NCBI GenBank assembly: GCA_045568235.1
Contig: JBJLBJ010000032.1
Location: 48,241 to 112,240, forward strand
Direction: 5' to 3'
DNA: 64,000 bases
Source: Candidatus Thalassarchaeaceae archaeon
GTDB taxonomy: Archaea; Thermoplasmatota; Poseidoniia; Poseidoniales; Thalassarchaeaceae
This document shows, piece after piece, positions 10,957-21,264 of this stretch. Each line of letters opens with the position of its first letter. Position 1 is the stretch's first letter. The position numbers were made by a program, and so were the translations under genes. A model generated the notes under the pieces. That model did no database searches. It saw only the letters and a program-made list of their open reading frames with translations, and was not told the DNA's origin.

Positions 10957-11574
10957 ATGGCACTAGATATTAAGCCCACAAGATCAGAATTAATTAATTT
11001 GAAACGTAGGATTAAACAAACTTCTAGTGGATATAATCTTCTAAAAATGAAAAGAGATGGTTTATTTTTTGAATTCCGGACATTACTTGCTGAAATGATT
11101 GCTGCAAGAGAAGAACTCGTAGAAACATATAGAGATGCACTAAAATCAATTGCATTGGCTTCTTCAATCGAAGGAGGTTTAGCCGTAAAAAGTGCTGCAA
11201 TAGCCGCAACTTCCGGGCCAGAAGTAATGGTATCTAGGAGGAATATAATGGGCGTTGTAGTGCCAAAGGTAGAAGGAACCAATCTTACTACTACTGTTGA
11301 AACGAGGCCTACTGGGATAATTGGAGGCTCTCCATATATCGATGAATCAGCAGATTCTTATTCCATTTTAATCTCAAAAATTGTTAAAGCTGCAGAAATG
11401 GAAGCCACATTAAAGAGGTTATTGGAAGAGATTGAAGCAACCAAGAGAAGAGTTAATGCTTTAGAATTTGTAGTAATTCCTGAGATGAAAGAAGCTCAGA
11501 CTTTTATACAATTAAGATTAGAAGAAATGGAAAGGGAAGAAACATTCAGACTAAAACGCTTCAAGAATAAGTGA
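10957..11574 (+). CDS. atpD: A-type ATP synthase subunit D (central stalk)
   Basis: 'KPTRSELINLKRRIK' at the N-terminus and a coiled-coil C-terminus. It is the last gene of the operon. Confidence 0.9.
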   Translation: MALDIKPTRSELINLKRRIKQTSSGYNLLKMKRDGLFFEFRTLLAEMIAAREELVETYRDALKSIALASSIEGGLAVKSAAIAATSGPEVMVSRRNIMGVVVPKVEGTNLTTTVETRPTGIIGGSPYIDESADSYSILISKIVKAAEMEATLKRLLEEIEATKRRVNALEFVVIPEMKEAQTFIQLRLEEMEREETFRLKRFKNK

Positions 11575-11625
11575 TTTTAATTGAAATAGTGATTATTCTA
11601 GTGAGAGGTATCTTATCAGTCAACA

Positions 11626-14067
11626 TTGGCGGAGAATATAAGGAGGTATCTCTTAATGAAAAACCAACAATCTATTTCTATCGATACTGAGACATGGAGT
11701 AATCAAGAATTTAATGAAGTCATTGCTTCAAGATATTTTCTATTGGGCCAGGAAACTAACCAAAAATCTTCATGGGAAGTTAAAAGTCCAAATGATATGG
11801 AAATTGATGAATGTCTAATTCTCTTAAATAATCATTTAGAATCATTAGGTTTAATAGGTATTTTAAGTAGTGAGAGAATACCTGTACTGAGCATAATTAA
11901 TTTGCCATTTTCTCCGAATGTTTCTAGTTCATTACAGCAATTTCTAATTTGGATTCTCATGTCAGTTTTTCTGACTATAGTTGGTGCTGAATGGCTTGGC
12001 ATGTATGATGATAGTAATAATATTCTCAATGGTAACACTATCCGACAATCATTATTTTATTTTACATTTCCAATAATCTTTTCCTTATTGTTATGCAGTC
12101 ATTTAAGATATCGAATTGCTAAAAATTATAATATTGATAGTGGTCACATAATTCCTATAATATTTCCAATTCTATATCCGACATGGCCTTTTGGTTTAAC
12201 GGGTATTTTATCTCAAAAAAGGATGGATAATATACCATTTCCAAATCGTAAAAAATTAGCTGTTGTTGAGTCAATACTTCCACTATCTATATTTTTTTTA
12301 GGTGCTGTTTTTACTATCATGGGCCTCATTATGACTTCAAATGAACCGCCAGATTTAGATAACTCTCCTATAATATTTGATTTAAATCCTTTAACCCAAA
12401 CTTTCTCTTCATTATTGTTTGAAAACTATGAATTAAAACTACAATGGTTACATCCCATTGGAATAGCAGGGATAGGGCTATCGATGATTGGCTGGATTCT
12501 TTTGTTACCTATCCCCGGATTTCCCGGCGACAGATTATTGTATTCTCTATTTGGACCATCTGAAATGTCCAGAGGGCAACTACAAACCTCTTTATTTATC
12601 ATGTCTCTTGTAATAATGATGTTCACTTTTGCTTTTGTCAATTATTTACCGTGGCTATTCTTAATCGCCTTTTCCACTTGGCAGCGTTTTAGTCCCGAGA
12701 ATAATATTATCCCATTTATAGTAAATCAAAGTACTGAACTAAGTAATAATTTCAAATCAAAAATTTCTATCCTACTAGTTTCTGTAATGATTCTTGGATT
12801 TCCCGGTCTCTCTCCCATTACAACTTTAGAAGAATATGACTCTGGATTGTCAACAAGCAATTGGGAAACAGACTTGGAAATTCCACAATTTGGAGAAGGC
12901 AATATCACTTTAGATATCCGTCCAAAGGGGATTCTCCCTGTATCCGGATTCTTACAATTTAGTATTGAAGGTAGTCAATCAGAGAATTGGGTAATAAATT
13001 CCACTTGCGAATGGTCAAATTTGTGTTATTTTAGTAATATAACTCAAAATAATAACCAATTAATAACAATAATGATTTATGCGCCAAATTATTCTTTCGA
13101 AGAAAAATTAAATCTCAGAATAGTAATTGATGTTAATGGCTACGAAGAAGAGCACATGATTCTTTTACATAATAATTTATATTCAGGTCCCGAAAACGTT
13201 TTCTGGGAAATTTCTGAAAATACTAATAATCCTATAATTTGTACAAAACTAAATATTATCTCAGGTGACCAAGGTAATTTATCTTTAATTAATCCATTTT
13301 GGGATTTTGTAAATCTCTCAATTGTTAATGAGGGACTCAATGAATTATGTTTAGTCGGTCACGAAGGTGCTTTATTCTCTTCAAACGATATTGATCAACA
13401 ATTCCGTCGTTATGGGCCGAAGATTCAATTTAATAGAGAAAATAATACTACACTTGAGTGGTTAATGCCAATAGAAAATACCGAACCTATTGTGTATGTT
13501 TCTGGTACTGAGTGGACACTCCCTTCTTGGCTAAATTCAGAAAATACACAATATTCTATTATTTACGGATCTAACCAACCATCTTTTTGTAAGTCCAGTG
13601 ATATAGTCACAGAAGTGGAATCAAACTGGACTTTGCCTTTGGAAGAATATACTCCGATAAAATTCTCAAAAGGTGAAATAGTTAATGGGACAATAATTAT
13701 TCCTTCTTCAGGTTGGATAATGATATGCGATGGAATTATTCCAATTCATAAGTATGCCATCGAAGAAGGATTGGATGTTGTAATTAATCCCGGCTCAATT
13801 AATAATAGAATAAGTAATAAATCATTTACAGTATCTAATAGAGAAAATTTCTCAATTCCAATTTCTGTAGAATGGTATGGAGATTCAGTTAATGTCGGAG
13901 ATTGGGATGCATACCATGTACCAGATAATATCGAACCTTTTGGAGAAATAGAGATAATATTGGATGAAGAATTTAATAATTCTTTATCCTATGTATCGTG
14001 GATTTCTATTGATAAAGATAGTATGATAATACATAATTCTGTAAGGTGTCCAGTAAACGGGTGTTGA
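11626..14067 (+). CDS. polytopic membrane protein with degenerate site-2-protease (M50)-like core and large Asn-rich extracytoplasmic domain
   Basis: About 400 aa of TM helices contain 'LLLPIPGFPGDRLL', which resembles the M50 'LLPxxPLDGG' motif. 'CSHLRYRIAKNY' sits where HExxH would be. The C-terminal 400 aa carry many N-x-S/T sequons. Confidence 0.35.
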   Translation: MAENIRRYLLMKNQQSISIDTETWSNQEFNEVIASRYFLLGQETNQKSSWEVKSPNDMEIDECLILLNNHLESLGLIGILSSERIPVLSIINLPFSPNVSSSLQQFLIWILMSVFLTIVGAEWLGMYDDSNNILNGNTIRQSLFYFTFPIIFSLLLCSHLRYRIAKNYNIDSGHIIPIIFPILYPTWPFGLTGILSQKRMDNIPFPNRKKLAVVESILPLSIFFLGAVFTIMGLIMTSNEPPDLDNSPIIFDLNPLTQTFSSLLFENYELKLQWLHPIGIAGIGLSMIGWILLLPIPGFPGDRLLYSLFGPSEMSRGQLQTSLFIMSLVIMMFTFAFVNYLPWLFLIAFSTWQRFSPENNIIPFIVNQSTELSNNFKSKISILLVSVMILGFPGLSPITTLEEYDSGLSTSNWETDLEIPQFGEGNITLDIRPKGILPVSGFLQFSIEGSQSENWVINSTCEWSNLCYFSNITQNNNQLITIMIYAPNYSFEEKLNLRIVIDVNGYEEEHMILLHNNLYSGPENVFWEISENTNNPIICTKLNIISGDQGNLSLINPFWDFVNLSIVNEGLNELCLVGHEGALFSSNDIDQQFRRYGPKIQFNRENNTTLEWLMPIENTEPIVYVSGTEWTLPSWLNSENTQYSIIYGSNQPSFCKSSDIVTEVESNWTLPLEEYTPIKFSKGEIVNGTIIIPSSGWIMICDGIIPIHKYAIEEGLDVVINPGSINNRISNKSFTVSNRENFSIPISVEWYGDSVNVGDWDAYHVPDNIEPFGEIEIILDEEFNNSLSYVSWISIDKDSMIIHNSVRCPVNGC

Positions 14068-15020
14068 TATTGAGAATCGCAATTTTAGGTATTGGTTCTA
14101 TTGGAGGGATGTTACTTGGTGCTCTCGCTGATTCAGATGCTGAATTAATTGCTGTCTCTAGAGGCTATATGGCATCACAAATTTCAGAAAGAGGGCTAAC
14201 CTTGCATACTCCAGAAGGTACAGTTGAGCATTTTCCTTCTGAATTATTTACAGTAATTGACAGCGAATCCGGACCTATATCTATCAATTTGACTAATTCT
14301 TGTGATTTCGCATTAATTTGCGGAAAAAGCCACGCTACTCCTATTTTAGCCCAAATAGCATCTGAACTATTATCCGAAGAAGGAATTGCCATAAGTTTGC
14401 AAAATGGCCTTGGCCATTCTGAATATCTTTCAAAAAAAATCGGGCAAGGAAATGTATTGGGATGCACAATAACTCATGGTGCTTGGAAAGATATGAATTC
14501 AGTACATTGGGCAGGAAGGGGGCACATCATTCTTGGTTCATTAGAAGGAAAATCTCCATCTTCTAAAACTAATGATTTTATTTCATTGTTAGAATCCTCT
14601 AAACTCTCTCCAAAGTGGAGTGAAGATATTGGTAAAGAAATCTGGATTAAGTTATTAATCAACATAGCGATAAATCCAATTTGTGCTATAACCGGATTAA
14701 GAAACGGAGAAATTTTAATGCAGAATGATATTTGGACTCAATCTTATTCAACTATGTTGGAAGCATCCATTATCGCCAAAGCTTCGGGCATTGATATAGA
14801 TGATAATGATTTAATTTCTAAACTAAAATTAATTATTAAATCAACTGAGAAAAATCGTTGTTCAATGTTACAAGATATAATGAATGGGAAAGAAACAGAA
14901 ATCGATTCACTTTGTGGAGAAATAGTTTCCAAGGGAGAATCTTTAGGAATTCAAACACCCCTTAATGCAATGCTATGTGCGTTGATAAAGGGAATTGAAA
15001 AAAGTTCAAAAGTGCCATAG
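14046..15020 (+). CDS. panE: 2-dehydropantoate 2-reductase (ketopantoate reductase)
   Basis: N-terminal 'IAILGIGSIGG' Rossmann motif. 'KLLINIAINPICAITG' and 'SMLQDIMNGKETEIDSLCGEIV' match the ApbA/PanE signature. The real start is probably GTG/TTG near 14061. Confidence 0.8.
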   Translation: MSSKRVLILRIAILGIGSIGGMLLGALADSDAELIAVSRGYMASQISERGLTLHTPEGTVEHFPSELFTVIDSESGPISINLTNSCDFALICGKSHATPILAQIASELLSEEGIAISLQNGLGHSEYLSKKIGQGNVLGCTITHGAWKDMNSVHWAGRGHIILGSLEGKSPSSKTNDFISLLESSKLSPKWSEDIGKEIWIKLLINIAINPICAITGLRNGEILMQNDIWTQSYSTMLEASIIAKASGIDIDDNDLISKLKLIIKSTEKNRCSMLQDIMNGKETEIDSLCGEIVSKGESLGIQTPLNAMLCALIKGIEKSSKVP

Positions 15021-15030
15021 TTCAATCTGA

Positions 15031-15921
15031 TTATTTTTGACATTTTGGACAGAAAAATGTTGATCTGTTTGATTGAATAATTCTTTCTATTGTTCCGTTA
15101 CAAGATTCTTTGAGGCAATTTTCTCCTTCTCTGCCATATACTACAAATGAATTAGGGAAATAGCCCAATGCATCATCTCCATCAACGCCTCTAAAATCTT
15201 GTAGCGTTGAACCTCCTGCATCTATCGCTTCTATCATCACCGAATGAATTTCAAAAACTAATTTCTTCATTCTTTTACTGATTCCGTTTTTTCTAACTAA
15301 TGTTTCAGCCTTTCTCTTTGGCGATATTCCTGCCCTGTTAAGTATTTCACAAACGTAAATATTTCCCAAACCTGCGATTATCTTCTGATCAAGTAATGCA
15401 TTTTTTATGGGTATTCTTCTTTTTAAGTTATTAGAAAGAATTTCAGGAGTCAATGATCCGGGCATGGGCTCAGGTCCAATATTTTTCAATAATTTATGTT
15501 CATTTTGTTTTTTAGTATCAAAAATATCCATAATACCGAATCTTCTATGGTCAGAATAAACTCCCTTTCCTCCGTCATCAAGATGAATTACTACCCAATC
15601 ATGAGGGCCTTCTCCACTACCAATTTCTCCGCCATAATTAAACCTCCCAGGAACTCCCTCTCTCCCCTCTCCAAGCAGCGTCCATCTACCACTCATTCCT
15701 AAGTGACATAGCCAAGTTATTCCTTCTGAAAGTCTAATCAACAAATATTTTGCTCTCCTTTCAATTTTCAGTATCTTCTTCCCCTTCATTATTTCGTCAA
15801 ACCTATCAGGGAAAGGAAAACGTAAATCCTTTCTTCTTAATTCAACATCAACTATGACTCTATCTTTTAAGTGATTTTCAAGCCCCTTTCGCACAGTTTC
15901 AACTTCTGGCAACTCTGGCAT
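15031..15921 (-). CDS. mutM: formamidopyrimidine-DNA glycosylase (Fpg/Nei family)
   Basis: Canonical N-terminus 'MPELPEVETVRKGL' and a C-terminal zinc finger ending in 'CPKCQK'. Confidence 0.85.
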   Translation of the reverse strand: MPELPEVETVRKGLENHLKDRVIVDVELRRKDLRFPFPDRFDEIMKGKKILKIERRAKYLLIRLSEGITWLCHLGMSGRWTLLGEGREGVPGRFNYGGEIGSGEGPHDWVVIHLDDGGKGVYSDHRRFGIMDIFDTKKQNEHKLLKNIGPEPMPGSLTPEILSNNLKRRIPIKNALLDQKIIAGLGNIYVCEILNRAGISPKRKAETLVRKNGISKRMKKLVFEIHSVMIEAIDAGGSTLQDFRGVDGDDALGYFPNSFVVYGREGENCLKESCNGTIERIIQSNRSTFFCPKCQK

Positions 15922-15967
15922 ATTTAGCCGTAATCGAACTACTCAATGATTATAACTGTTAAACAAC

Positions 15968-16669
15968 TCATCTTAATTTACAATAAAATAATACATGCTG
16001 TTCTTCTAGGCCTTTCAAATCAATTTTTTCTATAATCTCTAGATTAGATTTTTTTAGTATTTCCTCTGCCCTTTCAATTTTTTTTCCGAGACTCCCATCT
16101 GACGCTCTTTCACTGGCTGCTTTAAGACTAAGGAGGCCAATACCATTAGTTTTAAGAAAGACTTCTGCTATTTTTACAAATGTTTTTGCTTGATCAGATA
16201 TACTTAAGTCCTGATGCATCCAATCTACTTTTTTATTTATGAAAGGTGAGATTTGGGCGGTATCCCTTGCATCTGCAAGGACAGGGATTATACCGGATCT
16301 TTTTTCAGATAATTTCACTAGTTCTCTCATCATTCTAGAAGAGATGTCTATGGCTATTATTTGTCCTTTATGATGATTTCCAGAACCGCATACGCAATCA
16401 TGTATATGACTAACCGTCCCGCCCGTTGAAGATCCTAAATAGAGACAATCATTACCAGGCTGTGGAATAATTTTTGCTGGGTCTAATTTTGTTCTAAGTA
16501 AAGAAGCGGCAATCTTGGATTTAGTAGGATCCCATAAACGCCATTCATTCCTGCCATCTCTCTTACGACGTTCCTTTCGTACGGAAACTCCCTTCACAGC
16601 ATTTCTGGTCCATATATTTCTACCTTCTTTTCTCACGCCCCATCCTAAGGAGATAATTTTTCTCTTCAT
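15968..16669 (-). CDS. flpA: fibrillarin-like rRNA/tRNA 2'-O-methyltransferase
   Basis: 'WDPTKSKIAASLL' and 'LYLGSSTGGTVSHIHD' match fibrillarin motifs. It lies immediately downstream of nop5. Confidence 0.9.
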   Translation of the reverse strand: MKRKIISLGWGVRKEGRNIWTRNAVKGVSVRKERRKRDGRNEWRLWDPTKSKIAASLLRTKLDPAKIIPQPGNDCLYLGSSTGGTVSHIHDCVCGSGNHHKGQIIAIDISSRMMRELVKLSEKRSGIIPVLADARDTAQISPFINKKVDWMHQDLSISDQAKTFVKIAEVFLKTNGIGLLSLKAASERASDGSLGKKIERAEEILKKSNLEIIEKIDLKGLEEQHVLFYCKLR

Positions 16670-16673
16670 AATT

Positions 16674-17729
16674 TCATTTCCTTTTGGGTGGTTTTGGAAA
16701 CTTACTAATTATTTTCTCAATATCATCATTAATTTTAGTAATTTCTTTGCCCCCCCAAGGAATTCCTCCAAAATGGTCAATTCTGGTAGCAATGCTTGCT
16801 TTTCCAGCAATAAATCTGGCTACCTTACCTCTTACCCATCTTGGAGATTTTCCTACTTGAGGTAGTGAAAATAATATCGATCCATGTTTCGGCGGAGAAG
16901 CCCCCTTCCTATGTGCTGCCATTGCAGCATGTGCACCAAGTACCTGTAACGAACCCGATGGCATCCTTGCCAATCTTTCTCTACTTCCGGCCAAAACTAG
17001 TAATTTCGATGCACTCAAAGGTCCAATCAAAGAAGAAAGAGTTGGCATATAATCTAGAGCAAGTATTCTAATCACATCTTCATGTTGCTTCATTCTTTTT
17101 GTCAAATCAATCACTGATTCACAATGTTTTTTCAGAGATTCCCATTCAACTTCTGAGGGTAAAAATAATGGTTGAGTTGTTTCTAAAAGATTTGCGGCCG
17201 AAGACATAGAGTCCGATTTAACTATAGAGTTAATAATTTCATTCCGCCTAGTATCCAAATTTATTTCTGTCAGGAATAGTCCAATCCATTCGATACATCT
17301 TGATTCACTAGTAGTCCAGGTAGATCTAATTTCATTTGCTGACGAAACCAACATATCTAATCTTTTATCCAAATCTCCTGAAGATTCGGCAATCTTCAAT
17401 TTCGTCATTTTGATTATTGCTTCATCAAACATTTTTTGTTCGTTTTCATCATATGGTGGCCAATTTATATCATCTAAATGACCTTCTGAGCTAACTTCAA
17501 CATCATCAAATCTTTCATATAAAATCCTTGCCTCTGGGCTCATTCTACCTTTTTGTAATAATAATAATCTTCGTACCAAATTTGGAACAGTTACATCGGA
17601 TGTCCAATATATTTCATCAATAACTATCTCGTCATCATTAATTAGACGAGATAATCTCCAATCATAACTGATTCGCACATACCTCCGAGGAGTTATGCCG
17701 CTTGAACAGTACGGAAGAATTATTTCCAT
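16674..17729 (-). CDS. nop5: C/D box sRNP protein Nop5 (Nop56/58)
   Basis: Nop domain 'LQVLGAHAAMAAHRKGASPPKHGSILFSLPQV', and the classical nop5-flpA gene pair. Confidence 0.85.
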   Translation of the reverse strand: MEIILPYCSSGITPRRYVRISYDWRLSRLINDDEIVIDEIYWTSDVTVPNLVRRLLLLQKGRMSPEARILYERFDDVEVSSEGHLDDINWPPYDENEQKMFDEAIIKMTKLKIAESSGDLDKRLDMLVSSANEIRSTWTTSESRCIEWIGLFLTEINLDTRRNEIINSIVKSDSMSSAANLLETTQPLFLPSEVEWESLKKHCESVIDLTKRMKQHEDVIRILALDYMPTLSSLIGPLSASKLLVLAGSRERLARMPSGSLQVLGAHAAMAAHRKGASPPKHGSILFSLPQVGKSPRWVRGKVARFIAGKASIATRIDHFGGIPWGGKEITKINDDIEKIISKFPKPPKRK

Positions 17730-17765
17730 AGAAGTAATGAATAATGAATACCGATTAGGCCAATT

Positions 17766-18140
17766 ATGGATATCAGACTTGTTGGAATTGTAGCATGTGG
17801 TGGAGCAATAGGGGCTGTATTGAGATATTCAATTCCTTCTTTATTGCCAGAGCATTATGGGATTTCGAATACTATTATAATCAATCTAATTGGATCTTTA
17901 TTTCTAGGGATTCTATTCGGTGCAATTTCTGCTGGTTCAGATATTAGTGAAGAAACAATACTTCTGATAGCAACTGGATTTTTGGGTGCTTTCACAACCA
18001 TGTCGACCTTTGCTCTAGAAAGCATAGAGTTGATACAAGAGAATCAATTTACAGCTATGATATATATTTTAATTTCTGTTTTTGGCAGTATATTTCTTGC
18101 ATGGTTTGGCTATTCTGCAATGATTAATATTATTAATTAG
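17766..18140 (+). CDS. crcB: fluoride ion channel CrcB/FluC
   Basis: 124 aa with 4 TM helices, 'GGAIGAVLRY' and 'GFLGAFTTMSTF'. Confidence 0.85.
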   Translation: MDIRLVGIVACGGAIGAVLRYSIPSLLPEHYGISNTIIINLIGSLFLGILFGAISAGSDISEETILLIATGFLGAFTTMSTFALESIELIQENQFTAMIYILISVFGSIFLAWFGYSAMINIIN

Positions 18141-18232
18141 ACCATCAAAAGTGGTACTTCTAATAGAATCATTGAATAATAATCATATTGACCGCTACAT
18201 CGCCTTAGTAATATAAAGGAGTTAAGATTTAG

Positions 18233-18619
18233 ATGTTTTGTCCAATATGCGGTTCACTTTCATTTCCTGATTCAAAGAATAATATCAAGTGTCCAGACTA
18301 TAAATGTGGGTATGAAGGGCCATTATCTGGGCCAGATGGCAAGGGAGGAAAATTCATCGATCCAATGTCGGGAGAGGAAATCGACTTAACAAATGCAACT
18401 GCAAAAAACGCAACTAAATCACTAAAACATTTGACTGAAGTAGTTGAAGAAGAAGTGGCAAGAGGGACTTTGAGAGTAGGAGATTATATTTGTCCTAACC
18501 AAAAATGTCAGAAAAATAGAGTATATGTATGGATGCAACAAACAAGGTCCTCGGATGAGCCTGAAACTAAAATGTGTACTTGTGAAAGTTGTGGCAAAAG
18601 ATGGCGTGAATATCAGTGA
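18233..18619 (+). CDS. tfs: transcription factor S (TFIIS/RpoM-like)
   Basis: An N-terminal zinc ribbon 'CPICGS' and a C-terminal TFIIS-type ribbon 'QTRSSDEPETKMCTCESCGKRW'. Confidence 0.8.
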   Translation: MFCPICGSLSFPDSKNNIKCPDYKCGYEGPLSGPDGKGGKFIDPMSGEEIDLTNATAKNATKSLKHLTEVVEEEVARGTLRVGDYICPNQKCQKNRVYVWMQQTRSSDEPETKMCTCESCGKRWREYQ

Positions 18620-18687
18620 CTTTTTTAATAAAATATTACGAACCATCAATAACCTCCTACTATGACGTCATAAAGTAAGGTGCTATC

Positions 18688-19437
18688 ATGCTAAGAGTAA
18701 CTGCTAAACAACAACTAATGAGAGAGATTGTAGAACTTCTCTCAGTTTTGACCGAAGAAGCAAAGCTATTATGGAGTGAGAAAGGATTACATGTAACTGT
18801 AGTAGATGGTTCTCATGTTGCACTCCTTTCTGCTACAATAGCCGATGAATGCTTTGAAACATATGAGGTCGAGAAAGTAGAAATAGGTCTAGAATTAGGT
18901 AAAATGCGTGATTTACTAACTCTTGCAGGACCTAATGATTTAGTAGAATTAGATTATGATGAATCGGTTGGAGCAATAAATGTCAGAGTAGGAGAGGTAC
19001 ACAGAATACTTAGAGGAGTAGACCCCGCGACTATGAATAATCCTAATATTCCTAACCTAGAATTTAATCACAAAGCTACTGTCGGTTCAGACAGGCTTTC
19101 AAGATCTCTGAGAGCTGCTAAGTTTGTTGGAGAAATAGTCGACTTAAGTCTAGAAAAGACTCATATGACAGTCTCAATAACTGTAGAAGCAGGAGAAGGA
19201 GTAAATGTTCGCTTCGAGTCAGGAGAATTAAGTGAATTAATATGCCCTTCTCCTACTCAATCTTCATATTCTTTACAATTTTTAGATCCTCTTACAAGGA
19301 AATTGGCTAGTGGCCTAACTGAAGATGTATCTCTAGAATTTCAAGAAAAATATCCACTTAGGCTGACATGGAATAGTAATCAAGGCGGTGCTAGTTGGAC
19401 ATATTTCTTGGCCCCTAGAGTTACTAATGACCCGTGA
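18688..19437 (+). CDS. pcn: DNA polymerase sliding clamp PCNA
   Basis: The 249-aa length and two-domain pattern fit. The C-terminal 'YPLRLTW...ASWTYFLAPRV' is typical of archaeal PCNA. Confidence 0.8.
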   Translation: MLRVTAKQQLMREIVELLSVLTEEAKLLWSEKGLHVTVVDGSHVALLSATIADECFETYEVEKVEIGLELGKMRDLLTLAGPNDLVELDYDESVGAINVRVGEVHRILRGVDPATMNNPNIPNLEFNHKATVGSDRLSRSLRAAKFVGEIVDLSLEKTHMTVSITVEAGEGVNVRFESGELSELICPSPTQSSYSLQFLDPLTRKLASGLTEDVSLEFQEKYPLRLTWNSNQGGASWTYFLAPRVTNDP

Positions 19438-20555
19438 ACTCATCAATGATAACGCCGTGCCAATTAAAGATGGATTACACTACCTGTGTCATTATTCCTA
19501 GTGTTAGGAATCATGAGGAATTAGATATTGTACTAAAAGGCCTGAAAAAACAGACATATGGAGGACAAATCGAAACAGTAGTTGTTGGGCCAACAAATGA
19601 TCCTGCAAGAGCTGTCTGTCTAGAGAATAATATTCGATTCATTGATGACGAAGGTTCGAGAACTAGAGCAGATGCATGTAACATAGCAATCAAATCTACC
19701 AGTTCGGAACTGATACTATTCACTGATGATGATGTTATTGTCCCCAAAGATTGGGTTAAGAAATTAGTTTCATGGTTTGAAAACGAAGAAGTGAGTGGAG
19801 TAGGGGGTCCTAATTTTGCCCCAGTTGATGAATCCACAATGTGGCAACAAGTAATTGATGTTGCATTCTGTAGTACAATATTTACTGCCGGAACTAATTA
19901 CGGTAAAGTAGGTAAGAAAGACCTAGATGAAGTTAACCAACTGCCTGGAGTTAATTGCGCATACAGGCGCTCAGTTATAGAAGAAGTGGGAGGTTTTGAT
20001 GAAGGTGCCATTGGAGCAGAAGATGTAATGCTTGATCACAGAATAAAGCTAACTGGGAAGAAATTGTGGACTGATAGAACTGCTGTAATGTGGCATCGAA
20101 GAAGAGACCTATCAAGAGTTAAGAAACAAATTAGGAATTATGGGCTAGTGAGAACTTTGGCTAGTCACCAATATCCTGAACTAAGGGCACCTACGCATAC
20201 AGCAGTTGCATTTTTTCCTCCAATAGTTATAGCAGCATTTGGATTCTTTTTATGGGGTCTAGTAAATGGAGGAATAGCATGGCCTGATTTTTGGGACATT
20301 CGATTGTCGACAGTACCTATGGGGCTACCTAGGTTAGGAGTTCATACACTACCAACACTTATTCTATTATACAATCTATTAGCGTGGTACGGCTCTTGGA
20401 AGGGAAACTCTCCAAGTAAAACAAAGAAAACTATCTTTTTGTCCTCAATAGCAACTTACACATTACATTGGAACTATGGAATGGGAGTATTAACCGGTTG
20501 GATTAGAATCTTAAGAGGGAAATCAGGCCTTCAGATAGATGATAGATCACGTTAA
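19434..20555 (+). CDS. family 2 glycosyltransferase with C-terminal TM domain
   Basis: 'CVIIPSVRNHEE' and 'LFTDDDVIVPKDW' (the DxD region). The C-terminus is hydrophobic. Confidence 0.7.
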   Translation: MNSSMITPCQLKMDYTTCVIIPSVRNHEELDIVLKGLKKQTYGGQIETVVVGPTNDPARAVCLENNIRFIDDEGSRTRADACNIAIKSTSSELILFTDDDVIVPKDWVKKLVSWFENEEVSGVGGPNFAPVDESTMWQQVIDVAFCSTIFTAGTNYGKVGKKDLDEVNQLPGVNCAYRRSVIEEVGGFDEGAIGAEDVMLDHRIKLTGKKLWTDRTAVMWHRRRDLSRVKKQIRNYGLVRTLASHQYPELRAPTHTAVAFFPPIVIAAFGFFLWGLVNGGIAWPDFWDIRLSTVPMGLPRLGVHTLPTLILLYNLLAWYGSWKGNSPSKTKKTIFLSSIATYTLHWNYGMGVLTGWIRILRGKSGLQIDDRSR

Positions 20556-21259
20556 ATTATTTTCATCTTACCACAATTATTTCCAACCCTCCAAGAGTTA
20601 GTCCTTGGTCTCCAGAATACAACAGTAAATACTCCGATAAATAATCCGCCGAATACTAAATTCAGCCAACCTTCTGAAATATAACCTGAACTTGCATTAA
20701 AATATGCCCAAACAAATGACGGAATGATACCAATTACTAATGAAATTAGTAACTCCTCAAATAATAACTTAGATTTATCAGATGAAGAAGGTAACCTTGG
20801 AGCTGAAGAATCATTATGATTTGTCTTTGGCCTTTTGACCAAGCGTAAATATTCACATTTCTCATCTTTACGAATTGAATTGATTGAAGGTTTTCCAGAA
20901 CTCCAAGACCGTGAAACTTTCATTACCCAATTATCTTCTATAAATGACCTTCCATCACAATATTTCGACCAATAAGAACTCCGAATCCTATCAGATAATT
21001 CTTCAACTTCATTTTCTCCAGAAATCAATTTCTTTTCCATCGCGAGAGCCCATTCGGATTCTGAGGCAACATAACAACCTTCATCTTGTAAAGCTATATT
21101 TGCAATTTCATAATTAACCGGTAAAAAAGATATTTTAAAATTATAATCAATTTTAACTTCGTGCCTAGGGCCGATTCCTCCAAAAAGAACTGAGCGATTA
21201 TCGGAACCAATGAATACTTTACCTGGTTCCACATCTATCCATTGAATTTCCAATCTCAC
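20552..21259 (-). CDS. hypothetical membrane-anchored protein
   Basis: An ORF with two C-terminal TM helices and no motif I recognise. Confidence 0.3.
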   Translation of the reverse strand: MRLEIQWIDVEPGKVFIGSDNRSVLFGGIGPRHEVKIDYNFKISFLPVNYEIANIALQDEGCYVASESEWALAMEKKLISGENEVEELSDRIRSSYWSKYCDGRSFIEDNWVMKVSRSWSSGKPSINSIRKDEKCEYLRLVKRPKTNHNDSSAPRLPSSSDKSKLLFEELLISLVIGIIPSFVWAYFNASSGYISEGWLNLVFGGLFIGVFTVVFWRPRTNSWRVGNNCGKMKII

Positions 21260-21264
21260 TCCAC

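Noticed and set aside
17730-17765. Fluoride riboswitch upstream of crcB
   Set aside because: Only 36 nt separate crcB from the divergent nop5 start. The sequence is AT-rich and has no crcB-motif pseudoknot elements.
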